Source: Candidatus Uhrbacteria bacterium (lineage in GTDB: Bacteria; Patescibacteriota; Patescibacteriia; UBA9934; UBA10169). From it: a DNA stretch of 64,000 nucleotides. Both the position numbers and the translations under genes were made by a program. The DNA lies in the NCBI GenBank assembly GCA_016187485.1, contig JACPJO010000005.1, positions 7,499-71,498 on the forward strand. The letters are read 5' to 3'. The first letter of the stretch is position 1. Every line of letters starts with the position of its first letter. This document shows, piece after piece, positions 8,795 through 17,287 of the stretch. The notes under the pieces were generated by a model, which had not been told where the DNA came from, did not search any database, and worked only from the letters and a program-made list of their open reading frames with translations.

Positions 8795-9064
8795 CTAAGC
8801 GATATTCTCGTTCATCCACTTGGTAACTTCCTGAGATACGTTGAACGTAGACCAGTTGGACTTCACTTGAATGACCACCAGTCCATCATCCTTATCCATA
8901 ACCGTCTTGAGGTCGTTAGCGACCTGCACAGCGGCTACATCTGTCTTGATGAGCCAAAGTGACTCAAGTGGTTTTGCCCACGTGCCGTAACTCTTAATCT
9001 TCTCGACCAACTTTTTGTAATCACGATTTGGCTGTCCCAAATCGTAGGAAACCAGATAAACCAT
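8795..9064 (-). CDS. Small hypothetical protein (89 aa) with alpha+beta character; faint Cas2/VapD-like resemblance at the N-terminus
   Basis: MVYLVSYDLGQPNRDYKKLVEKIKSYG starts with a beta-strand YDL/YDV motif followed by a helix, as in Cas2-fold proteins. No Cas1 gene or CRISPR array is present, so the resemblance is left open. Confidence 0.4.
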   Translation of the reverse strand: MVYLVSYDLGQPNRDYKKLVEKIKSYGTWAKPLESLWLIKTDVAAVQVANDLKTVMDKDDGLVVIQVKSNWSTFNVSQEVTKWMNENIA

Positions 9065-9328
9065 AGCTCTAACGATAAGTGATTAGATGCTACCCTGGTT
9101 CGTCGCCACGTGATATTATGAAAGGGCCGTACCCCTAAGCATTGACCTGCCACGGGCGACGAACTGTTGGAGATAGCGCATGGGTAATCCCCGATGCGCT
9201 ATTATTTTCTCACGCTCGTTTCTTGCTGTCAACTTTGGTTACAGACTAATCTTCCGTTCAATATTTGAAGGGGTTTTAACTTGGGGATAAAGTTGACAAA
9301 ACCGCTCGAATGTACTATATTTCTTTAT

Positions 9329-9625
9329 ATGAATATCGGCGAAAATATCAAACTCATTCGTCGTACAAAGGGCATGACACAGGAGCAGTTAGCCAATGCC
9401 TTGGGGTATACGAAGTCTTTCCTTTCACTTGTTGAAAGTGGGGACCGGACACTCTCTTCAGAAGATATTGCACGCATTGCCGTTGCGCTTGGTGTTAGTG
9501 TTGAAGATATGCAATCACGGGTTGTTGTTCAGTTTCGCTCGGATTCTATTTCTTCGTCAGACCAGAAAAAAGTCGAAGAGGATTTTATAAAGTTTGCTCG
9601 AAATCTCAAAAACAGCCGTAACTAA
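9329..9625 (+). CDS. XRE-family helix-turn-helix transcriptional regulator
   Basis: NIGENIKLIRRTKGMTQEQLANALGYTKSFLSLVESGDR is a classic Cro/C1-type HTH. The start is taken at ATG 9329; the ORF track extends to 9281. Confidence 0.8.
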   Translation: MNIGENIKLIRRTKGMTQEQLANALGYTKSFLSLVESGDRTLSSEDIARIAVALGVSVEDMQSRVVVQFRSDSISSSDQKKVEEDFIKFARNLKNSRN

Positions 9626-9629
9626 TCCT

Positions 9630-10112
9630 ATGGAGGGCCTGACTGAAAAAATCAGAGTCATTCTTGAAAAACTGGCAATCACACAGCCTCCTATTGATAT
9701 TGAAAAAGTGGCGGCTTACTTTGGAATCAATCTAGTTCCGTATGATAACTTCCCAGACAATGTTTCTGGCATGATTGTGCGCGACCAAAATGGAGACAAC
9801 GAAAATATCTATATTGGGTTTAACTCAAAACAAGCTAAGGTGAGACAACGCTTCACCGTAGCCCACGAGCTCGGTCATTTTCTTAGTGGTCATGACGACC
9901 TAAAAATCGTTGAAGATACCTTTGATAAGGATACGGTAAAAGAAAGAGAGGCAAACAGCCTGGCCGCCGAGTTATTGATGCCCAAAGATTTTCTTGTTGC
10001 TGACATGAAGCTCGGGAAATACGATATTCCGTCCTTGGCTAGCCGATACGGGGTGAGTGAGCAAGCTATGTCGATTTGTCTACTTAAATCCGGGCTCCTC
10101 TCCAAAGTTTAG
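9630..10112 (+). CDS. ImmA/IrrE-family zinc metallopeptidase (DUF955)
   Basis: HELGHFLSGH contains the HExxH motif, with a downstream ANSLAAELLMP helix. The gene directly follows the XRE gene; alternative start at 9594. Confidence 0.75.
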   Translation: MEGLTEKIRVILEKLAITQPPIDIEKVAAYFGINLVPYDNFPDNVSGMIVRDQNGDNENIYIGFNSKQAKVRQRFTVAHELGHFLSGHDDLKIVEDTFDKDTVKEREANSLAAELLMPKDFLVADMKLGKYDIPSLASRYGVSEQAMSICLLKSGLLSKV

Positions 10113-10242
10113 TTTTTGGTAGGCTACACATTCGTTGCTAGCTCACGAAACTTCCAAGAAACTTCTATTTTCTCCATGCTCACCCTGACCTGGCGGTAAA
10201 TCGGCTCCAGTTCGGTAAAAATGTAGAGTTCGGAGCCAGATA

Positions 10243-10280
10243 ACACACCTTGCGTTGCAAGGTGTGTTTTCTTTTTAGCG
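10243..10280 (+). terminator. Rho-independent terminator after the XRE-ImmA pair
   Basis: ACACACCTTGC-GT-TGCAAGGTGTGT is a perfect 11-bp stem followed by TTTTCTTTTT. Confidence 0.55.
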
Positions 10281-10319
10281 CATCTCGAATATACTTGTAA
10301 AAAACCATCCATTAGATTT

Positions 10320-10709
10320 ATGAACTACAAAGGCGTAATAATTGAAGAAAGTTTAGAAAATAAAGATATTCTCAAAGATGTCAAAATCTTAGAGACGAAA
10401 GTCGAGGAAGTTGTAGAAGAACATAAAACTCCTTGGATAAAACAATGGACTTTACACACTGTTGAAATTTCAGAAAATCAAGTTGCTAGTGTCGCGGAAA
10501 AAATCAGCAAAGCATTGGATTCAAAACATAACTGGTATGCGGATTTGAAAAATGAAACTCATCATTACATTATTTTCCGCGACAAAGTTTTTTACATAGA
10601 CCGAAAAAGTAAGGAACAATATGATGAAGCGAAACACTATGGCATTTCGCTCGGCATACCAGAATATCAAGTTGATTTTGCTCCTGACGATAAAGTTTGG
10701 GAAAGATAA
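10320..10709 (+). CDS. Hypothetical protein (129 aa) in a low-GC islet
   Basis: Clean ORF with strongly AT-rich codon usage unlike the flanking genes. It overlaps the start of the downstream hydrolase gene (10697), which suggests an operon. Confidence 0.5.
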   Translation: MNYKGVIIEESLENKDILKDVKILETKVEEVVEEHKTPWIKQWTLHTVEISENQVASVAEKISKALDSKHNWYADLKNETHHYIIFRDKVFYIDRKSKEQYDEAKHYGISLGIPEYQVDFAPDDKVWER

Positions 10710-11338
10710 TTATGGCTACAAAAAGTAAGATCCAAGTGCTATTAGTTCATGGCGGAATGACCTTCAAAAATGAGAAGGACTATTTACATTACCTAAAAAC
10801 CAAAAAAGTAACGACAAAGAAAAAGATTTCTTGGACGGGAGATTATTTAGAAAAAAGTTTAGGTAAAAGGTTTGAGATAATTTCGCCACGAATGCCTTTG
10901 CAGGATTTTGCGAAGTACAGAGATTGGAAGATATTTTTTGAGAGATATTTATCTCTTATCAAAAATAAATATATTTTGATCGGTTCGTCTTTGGGTGGAG
11001 TTTTCCTTGCAAAATATCTTTCTGAAAATAAACTTCGCAAAAAGGCCTTGTCGGTATATTTGGTTTGTCCGCCTTTCGACAATACATTGCCAGACGAAGA
11101 TTTGGTCGGTGGCTTCACGCTTGGTAGTGATTTGTCGTTGATTGAGAAGAACTGCAAAAATCTTCATTTACTATTTTCAAAAGACGACGATGTTGTGCCC
11201 GCCTCTCATGCCGATAAATACAAGCAGAAATTGAAAAACGCCCATGTTGTGATTTACAAGAGCAAGGGCGGGCATTTCAACATCATCAAATTTCCTGAAA
11301 TAGTTAAGATGATTTTTGCAGATATTAAAAGAAATTAG
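10697..11338 (+). CDS. Alpha/beta-fold serine hydrolase (YdeN/RBBP9-like esterase)
   Basis: Nucleophile elbow GSSLGG, plus a downstream acidic residue and His (KDDDVVP...GGHFNI) consistent with a Ser-Asp-His triad. Low GC. Confidence 0.6.
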   Translation: MGKIIMATKSKIQVLLVHGGMTFKNEKDYLHYLKTKKVTTKKKISWTGDYLEKSLGKRFEIISPRMPLQDFAKYRDWKIFFERYLSLIKNKYILIGSSLGGVFLAKYLSENKLRKKALSVYLVCPPFDNTLPDEDLVGGFTLGSDLSLIEKNCKNLHLLFSKDDDVVPASHADKYKQKLKNAHVVIYKSKGGHFNIIKFPEIVKMIFADIKRN

Positions 11339-11602
11339 CCGCCGATTTTTGCAAAAAAGAAAGCCGAAGCCCGCGCGGATTCCTCCCCAGACCCCTCCTC
11401 CGCGCGGGCGAGTCCGTCGCCCCGCCTCCTTTGCCCCAGAAAAATAGTGGCGGGGCGCATCGCTTCAGATTTCGCTTCTTAGATTTGTGTATCAGATTCG
11501 GCAAAATGATTTCAAAAGTTTGCGAAGGTTTTAATTCGGGAGCCACATAGAACCGACGTGTTCAAACGCGTCGGTTTTATGTTTGTGATAGACTATTTTC
11601 GT

Positions 11603-12226
11603 ATGACCTACAAAGCCATTTTCTTCGACGCAGACGGCGTTCTCATCAAAAACAAGTTCCTCTTCACAGAACAACTCAAACAGGACTTCGGTATTGAAAT
11701 TGAAAAGATGCTTCCGTTCTTCAAGGGCGTATTTCGACAATGTACCGTCGGTAAAGCGGATCTCAAAGATGAACTCACGAAGGTCATCGGCGAGTGGGGC
11801 TGGAACGGTACAGTCGACGAGCTGATGGAATACTGGTTCACCAAAGGTACTCAGATAGATCAGGAAGTGCTGGAATATGTGAAGTCTATTCGAGGGCGTG
11901 ACATCCGCTGTTACATGGCTACAGATCAAGAGAAATATCGCGGTGAGCACCTGGAGAAACTTCTTGGAAATGATCAGGTCTTCAAACGGGTCTTCTATTC
12001 AGCTCAAATCGGTTGTTCCAAGAAGGAACCTGCATTCTGGGATCATGTCTTTGAAACGGTCAACATGGCATCACGACCACCATTTCAAGAACTGATTGAA
12101 CGCTCACAAATGCTTTTTATAGACGATGATCAACCGAAAATAGATGCTGTAGCCTCGTTCGGATTGGATACGCATCTGTACACCGATCTCGAGTCACTCA
12201 AGCAATGGTTGAACCAATATGTATAA
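11603..12226 (+). CDS. HAD-superfamily hydrolase
   Basis: HAD motif I is FFDADGVLI directly after the chosen start. The ORF track starts at 11558, but the DxD motif placement favours the ATG at 11603. Confidence 0.7.
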   Translation: MTYKAIFFDADGVLIKNKFLFTEQLKQDFGIEIEKMLPFFKGVFRQCTVGKADLKDELTKVIGEWGWNGTVDELMEYWFTKGTQIDQEVLEYVKSIRGRDIRCYMATDQEKYRGEHLEKLLGNDQVFKRVFYSAQIGCSKKEPAFWDHVFETVNMASRPPFQELIERSQMLFIDDDQPKIDAVASFGLDTHLYTDLESLKQWLNQYV

Positions 12227-12680
12227 CCATGCACCAGAGGATTATAAATGTCCCATCTGTCTTGCAATCAAAGGTATCGAAAGCGACGACACCTGGATTA
12301 TTCAAGATGACATCTTTTACCGCGATGATCTTGTAACCGGATTTATCAGCTCAAAATTCATCAAAGGCAATGAAGGGCACCCGGTGCTGGTTCCAAACGA
12401 GCATTACGAAAACCTCTATGATCTCTCGGAGATTGTCGGACATCGCATTTTCGACGTCTCTAAGCGCATCGCGACGGCGCTCAAGAAAATTCGTGGAGCC
12501 GATGGTATAACGATCCATCAAAGCAATGAGCCGGCGGGTGATCAACACGCGTTTCACTATCACCTTCACGTCGTCCCTCGATTCAACGGCGACCACTTCC
12601 ATGAAGAGCTTTGGAAAGCCTCCCGATCTCAACCAGAGGAGCGAACCGCGTTTGCTAAGACATTACGAGATCTCCTGTGA
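12219..12680 (+). CDS. HIT-family (histidine triad) nucleotide hydrolase/transferase
   Basis: Histidine triad HYHLHVVPR. It overlaps the HAD gene by 8 nt, suggesting an operon. Confidence 0.8.
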   Translation: MYNHAPEDYKCPICLAIKGIESDDTWIIQDDIFYRDDLVTGFISSKFIKGNEGHPVLVPNEHYENLYDLSEIVGHRIFDVSKRIATALKKIRGADGITIHQSNEPAGDQHAFHYHLHVVPRFNGDHFHEELWKASRSQPEERTAFAKTLRDLL

Positions 12681-13013
12681 GTCCTCTCCCTCCTGACTTC
12701 AAAGACCGACCGCGCATAGAGCGCTGGTGGATAAATCTGCAGGTGCTATTTCACCGTCGATCGGTGAAAGTTACCTGTTGCGAAACGTTTCGTACAGGTC
12801 CATACGCCTGCAAAGGCTGCGCCACGCTTTATGATTGTCATTCGACGAGTCTCTGGTACCGCTTCCTCGCTCGTCGCGCCAAACGCCGCTCGCCACTGGT
12901 GAAGATGTTATAATTCCACACTCCATTAGCTCTAATTCGTGAGAATAAGCGAATAGTAAAAGGCTCATGGCCCCGACAAGGGTGGGTGGGTGGATCTGAT
13001 CCCAATTCACATT

Positions 13014-13477
13014 TCATGCTACAGCCGTAATAGTGTACACCGTCTTCGACCCTCTTATCTGAAGTACGACACTCTCGCCGGCGCGCTTGCCGAGAAGAGC
13101 TTGGCCAAGAGGGGAGAGATGGGAAATCCGGCCGCGTTCGGGGGCAGTTTCCTGCGAACCGAGAATTTCGTAGATCCATTTCTTTCGATTCTCTTCGAGC
13201 GTGACTTTGGATCCGATCCGCACACAGCCGTTCTCGTCTGGCCCCGATGCGATTGGGATAGCGCGCTTCAACTTCTCCTCGAGCATCAACAGGCGCTCGT
13301 TGATGCCACGCAGTTTCGCCTTAGCCATCTGGTAGCCGACGTTTTCCGAAAAGTCGCCCATCTCTGCCAACCGCTGTGTTTCCGCAACTGCCGCTGGCCG
13401 GTCTGTCTTTTTGAGGCGGAGGATGATCTTTCTCATCCGCTCGATCTCCTTTGGTGTTACGTAATCATCCTCCATTT
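13014..13477 (-). CDS. greA: Transcription elongation factor GreA
   Basis: GDFSENVGYQMAKAKL (GreA coiled-coil signature) and a C-terminal FKBP-like domain. The start is trimmed to the MEDDYVTPKE methionine, giving about 154 aa. Confidence 0.8.
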
Positions 13478-13632
13478 TCAAAGCTTGTCGAAGCTTTTCC
13501 CCTCGTCTTGTAGGTACGCGCATATGTCCGGAAGTATAGCAGGCATCAGCTTTCCTCATTAAATAGCTTGTCCAACACTAAGTGTCGGACAGTTCGTTTT
13601 TAGAGCACGGAATGTGCTATAGTGACACCATT

Positions 13633-13863
13633 ATGGTGCACAAGGTGCCAGCGGATCTACGGAAAGCTCTCCTCTCAACACCTGCGTCAAGAGCCGTCTG
13701 GGAAGACATTACGCCGCTTGCGCGCAACGAGTGGACTTGCTGGGTGACGTCTGGAAAAAAAGAAGAGACACGGACTATCCGCATCAAGAAGGCACTCTCA
13801 AAACTCAAAAGCGGCATGCGCCGACCTTGTTGCTGGGCCGGCTGCCCTCACCGCTCCAAGTAG
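13633..13863 (+). CDS. YdeI/OmpD-associated (OmdA) family small protein
   Basis: NEWTCWVTSGKKEETRTIRIKKALSKL matches the OmdA domain pattern. The start is uncertain, with alternatives at 13582 and 13612. Confidence 0.45.
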   Translation: MVHKVPADLRKALLSTPASRAVWEDITPLARNEWTCWVTSGKKEETRTIRIKKALSKLKSGMRRPCCWAGCPHRSK

Positions 13864-13937
13864 TCTATGCAAAAAATTATCTCCCATCTTTGGTTCGATT
13901 TCGATATTGCAGCGCTCAAACAGGCGCACGACGGCGT

Positions 13938-14237
13938 ATGATCAAAGACTTTGCGGCGTTTTTGCGAGAGTTCAACATTGTGTCGCTCGCGATCGGGTTT
14001 GTCATGGGAACCGCATCGACCTCGCTTGTTGGGTCGTTCGTCAAAGATATTCTGATGCCGATTGTGGAACCGTTGATGTCGGCGCGATCGTGGGAGACGG
14101 CCGTGCTTCATCTCGGCCCGATTAATATCGCTTACGGGGAGTTTCTCGCCGAGCTGATCAATTTTCTCATCCTCGCGCTTATCATTTTTGTCGTCGTGAA
14201 AAAGCTCTTGAAGATTGAGGTAGAGAGGAAGAAGTAG
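13938..14237 (+). CDS. mscL: Large-conductance mechanosensitive channel MscL
   Basis: MIKDFAAFLREFNIVSLAIGFVMGTA...FVKDILMPIV is the MscL signature. The start ATG at 13938 lies within a longer track ORF. Confidence 0.85.
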   Translation: MIKDFAAFLREFNIVSLAIGFVMGTASTSLVGSFVKDILMPIVEPLMSARSWETAVLHLGPINIAYGEFLAELINFLILALIIFVVVKKLLKIEVERKK

Positions 14238-14240
14238 GGT

Positions 14241-14792
14241 ATGCCTCGAACCAATAACATCGTGCGCGACGCGGGAATTGTAGCGATGAGTGTTTTGGTT
14301 GCCGTAGTACTGGCTCAAACAGGCACGCTAGAGGCTCTTCTTACAAGCACGCAAGGACGGATCATGCTTGGGAGCTTTCTTGCTGGCCTCTTTTTTGTTT
14401 CCATCTTCACTGTGGCTCCTGCATCCGTCATGCTTGTGGAGATGGCGCTTGCGAACTCGGTGTGGGAAGTTGCGCTCTTCGGGGGCTTAGGGTCGCTTGT
14501 GGGAGACCTTGTCATCTTCCGATTTATGAAAGACAGCGTGTCGTCGGATGTCCGCTGGCTTTTACGAAAGACAGGGCGTGAAAAAGTTTTGGCGCTTTTC
14601 GGCATCAAGCATGTGCGTTGGCTCATCCCGTTTCTCGGCGCTCTCGTCGTTATCTCTCCGTTTCCCGATGAGATCGGTCTTGCCATGATGGGACTCTCCA
14701 ACATGAAGACGCGATGGTTTGTACCGATCACCTTTGCGCTCGACTTTTTCGGCATCCTTCTTATTGGACTTGTTGCAAAGCACGTGTGGTAA
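14241..14792 (+). CDS. Integral membrane protein, hypothetical
   Basis: Multiple hydrophobic helices (about 5-6 predicted TM segments). No recognizable motif. Confidence 0.45.
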   Translation: MPRTNNIVRDAGIVAMSVLVAVVLAQTGTLEALLTSTQGRIMLGSFLAGLFFVSIFTVAPASVMLVEMALANSVWEVALFGGLGSLVGDLVIFRFMKDSVSSDVRWLLRKTGREKVLALFGIKHVRWLIPFLGALVVISPFPDEIGLAMMGLSNMKTRWFVPITFALDFFGILLIGLVAKHVW

Positions 14793-14878
14793 GTTAGGGC
14801 TCAACGAAGTCACGGACACTTGCTTTTTTCATGGTTTGCGCGCAGAATGCCCAGATTCTCAATAACAAAGACTGTCCT

Positions 14879-15349
14879 ATGAGGAATTATCAAAGCAGGC
14901 CTCGCCCGCAAGGTGCAGGAGGGTGGGGAGGGCCGAAGAAGTTTGGCGGGGCAAGACCGTTTGGCGCCAAGAAACCGTGGGATCGTGGGGGAAGCGACCA
15001 CCGCCACGAGGACCGTCCAATGTTTCAAGCCACGTGCAACGCATGTGGGGAAGCATGCCAAGTGCCGTTTAAGCCAGTTAATGGCCGTCCGGTGTTTTGT
15101 CGCAATTGTTTTAAAAAGGATGGGGATGAAAAGCCTGCACGAGACTTTTCTCCTCGGGAGTTTTCGCCTCGGCAGGAGCGCCAGGTGGAACGCCCACGCA
15201 CAGACCACTCTGGGGAGGCGCTCAAAGCCATTAATGCAAAGCTCGATGCCATCATGGACACACTTGCCGCAATGACTATTCCGTCAGCCGAGGTGCCTGT
15301 GGTGCCAAAGAAGACGACGAAGAAGCGCGCGACGAAGAAGAAGGTGTGA
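14879..15349 (+). CDS. Zinc-ribbon protein with Gly/Arg-rich N-terminus and Lys-rich C-terminal tail (putative nucleic-acid binding)
   Basis: CNACGEACQVPFKPVNGRPVFCRNCF forms a CxxC...CxxC ribbon. The C-terminal tail is KKTTKKRATKKKV. Start chosen at MRNYQSRP. Confidence 0.45.
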   Translation: MRNYQSRPRPQGAGGWGGPKKFGGARPFGAKKPWDRGGSDHRHEDRPMFQATCNACGEACQVPFKPVNGRPVFCRNCFKKDGDEKPARDFSPREFSPRQERQVERPRTDHSGEALKAINAKLDAIMDTLAAMTIPSAEVPVVPKKTTKKRATKKKV

Positions 15350-15891
15350 AGCGTATCTTTTTTGCCATCCCACTTACCGTAGAGATTCAGCAGAGACTTT
15401 CCCTGGTGCAGGGCGACATCCGGCGCCAGCTTCAACACAGCCGTGTCGCATGGGTTTCTCCCTGCGACATGCACATCACACTTCACTTTTTGGGTGAGGT
15501 CTCCGTGGCCTCCATTCTAAAACTTGTCCAGGAGGTGAGAAAACTCTCACTGCCGGACGCTTTTTCTCTGTCATGCGGAGATGTAGATGCTTTTCCTTCC
15601 AAAAAAAATCCCGAGACAATTATCGTGCGTACGCACACGCATACGGCTTTATCTGCCCTGCGCCAGCGCCTCGGGACAGTTATTGTTTCACAGGGACTCA
15701 CCATGAGTGAACGTGCGTTTCATCCGCACGTGACACTCGGCCGTGTACGTTCCTCTGGGGAAGTTCTTCAACCCGAGCAGGTCAGCCCGCTCTCTGCGCA
15801 GATTCTTATTGGCGGATTTACCCTTTTTGAAAGCAAACTTACGCCAGATGGCCCGGTGTATAGCGCTTTGGAGCATTTTCCTATCGGGTAA
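15346..15891 (+). CDS. thpR: RNA 2',3'-cyclic phosphodiesterase ThpR/LigT (2H phosphoesterase)
   Basis: Two H-x-T/S-x motifs (HITLHFLGE and HPHVTLGRV) are diagnostic of the 2H family. Confidence 0.75.
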   Translation: MKRIFFAIPLTVEIQQRLSLVQGDIRRQLQHSRVAWVSPCDMHITLHFLGEVSVASILKLVQEVRKLSLPDAFSLSCGDVDAFPSKKNPETIIVRTHTHTALSALRQRLGTVIVSQGLTMSERAFHPHVTLGRVRSSGEVLQPEQVSPLSAQILIGGFTLFESKLTPDGPVYSALEHFPIG

Positions 15892-17098
15892 ATCGGCGAC
15901 GGGGTTTTCGGAACGGGGCGGGATAGCGTGACGACGTGCGAGAGGGCTGTGTCTGGACGGACCGTTCGACTGTCTCGCCCGAAGGGGTTTTCACAAGGAG
16001 AGTTTTTCGAATGAGCCGCTCAATATTTCCAATATCGCGGCGCTGTTCAGGGGCGGCAAAAGATATGGCTTTCCCAGATTTTCCGGCGCGTCCCGTGCGG
16101 CCGATACGATGCACGTAATCTTCCGAATGGTCCGGCAGATCGAAGTTCACGACGAGTTCAATATCTTTCACATCAATTCCGCGCGCGGCGATGTCGGTAG
16201 CGACCAAGATACGATATTTGCCGTTCGAAAACCCTCGTAGAGCATCCTGCCGCTGGGCCTGCGAACGGTTCGAGTGAATCTCGGCAACCGAGTGATGCAT
16301 GTTTTTAATAGACTTGGCAATCTTCTTTGCGCCGTGTTTCGTGCGGCTGAACACAAGCACGGTTCCTTTGTGTTCGGCAAGGAGGCGTTCAAGCAGCGCA
16401 GTCTTTTCTGTTTTGGGTACAATGTACACTTCCTGGTCTACTTTTTCTGCGGCAGTTCCCGATGGAGCTACCTCCACGCGCAAGGGCTGCTTCATGTATT
16501 GGCGCGCGATGGAAGCAATCTCTTCGGGCATGGTGGCAGAGAACAGCATGGTCTGCCGCTCTTTTGGTACGAGCGCAAGAATACGTTTGAGCTGCGGGGC
16601 GAAGCCCATATCGAGCATCCTATCTGCCTCGTCAAGCACCAGGACGCCCACGGTTGAAAGGGAAGTGCTCTTTTGTTCCAGGTGGTCGAGCAAGCGTCCT
16701 GGAGTGGCGACAATAATATGCGGGCGGGCCTTGAGCTGCTTCAATTGTGGCCCCATGGATGTCCCGCCAATAAGTACGGCGGTGCGCAGTCCCAACGGCC
16801 CGCCTACTTTGTGTAGTGTCTCCTCTACTTGGACTGCCAATTCGCGTGTGGGGAGAAGCACCAATCCCATTTTCCCTTTTGCCGAGATTTGCTGAATCAT
16901 GGGGAGGGAGAAGGCAAGAGTTTTTCCTGTGCCTGTCTGTGCAATACCAATCACATCTTCGCCGGTGGTGGCAACGGGGATTGCTTTAAACTGAATGGGT
17001 GTCGGATGCTGGAAGCCCAGCCGTTCAATTTGCTCCAACAATTTCGGGGCAATGCCGAGGCCAAAAAAGGATTCGCCTGCCAGTTCTTCGCGTGTCAT
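15881..17098 (-). CDS. DEAD-box ATP-dependent RNA helicase
   Basis: Q-motif region, AQTGTGKT (motif I), DEADRMLDMGF (motif II), SAT (motif III) and HRIGRTGRAG (motif VI). Confidence 0.9.
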   Translation of the reverse strand: MTREELAGESFFGLGIAPKLLEQIERLGFQHPTPIQFKAIPVATTGEDVIGIAQTGTGKTLAFSLPMIQQISAKGKMGLVLLPTRELAVQVEETLHKVGGPLGLRTAVLIGGTSMGPQLKQLKARPHIIVATPGRLLDHLEQKSTSLSTVGVLVLDEADRMLDMGFAPQLKRILALVPKERQTMLFSATMPEEIASIARQYMKQPLRVEVAPSGTAAEKVDQEVYIVPKTEKTALLERLLAEHKGTVLVFSRTKHGAKKIAKSIKNMHHSVAEIHSNRSQAQRQDALRGFSNGKYRILVATDIAARGIDVKDIELVVNFDLPDHSEDYVHRIGRTGRAGKSGKAISFAAPEQRRDIGNIERLIRKTLLVKTPSGETVERSVQTQPSRTSSRYPAPFRKPRRRFTR

Positions 17099-17287
17099 AA
17101 GTGTTTCGCACAGAGGCTATCACAGTTTCTCCTCTCTGTATAGCAGAGAACCCCGCATGCGCGGGGTTCTGGCTACTCATCACTTTTTTCCTCGCCACCT
17201 CCGTTCTTATCGTCGCCTGCATCCGGTTCTTTGTCTGCCTCGGGAGGATTCTGCCACTGACTGTTTTGGAATGTCATATGAAAGGAG

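Noticed and set aside
8795-9064. Calling the 89-aa ORF a Cas2 and looking for a CRISPR locus
   Set aside because: No Cas1 gene, no repeat-spacer array and no leader is present anywhere in the window. The similarity is limited to an N-terminal YDL beta-strand pattern.
13731-13937. Upstream extension of the mscL ORF (track start 13731), which overlaps the YdeI-like gene
   Set aside because: The conserved MscL N-terminus begins at the internal Met (MIKDFAAF, ATG 13938). The extension overlaps another gene and is Arg/Pro-rich.
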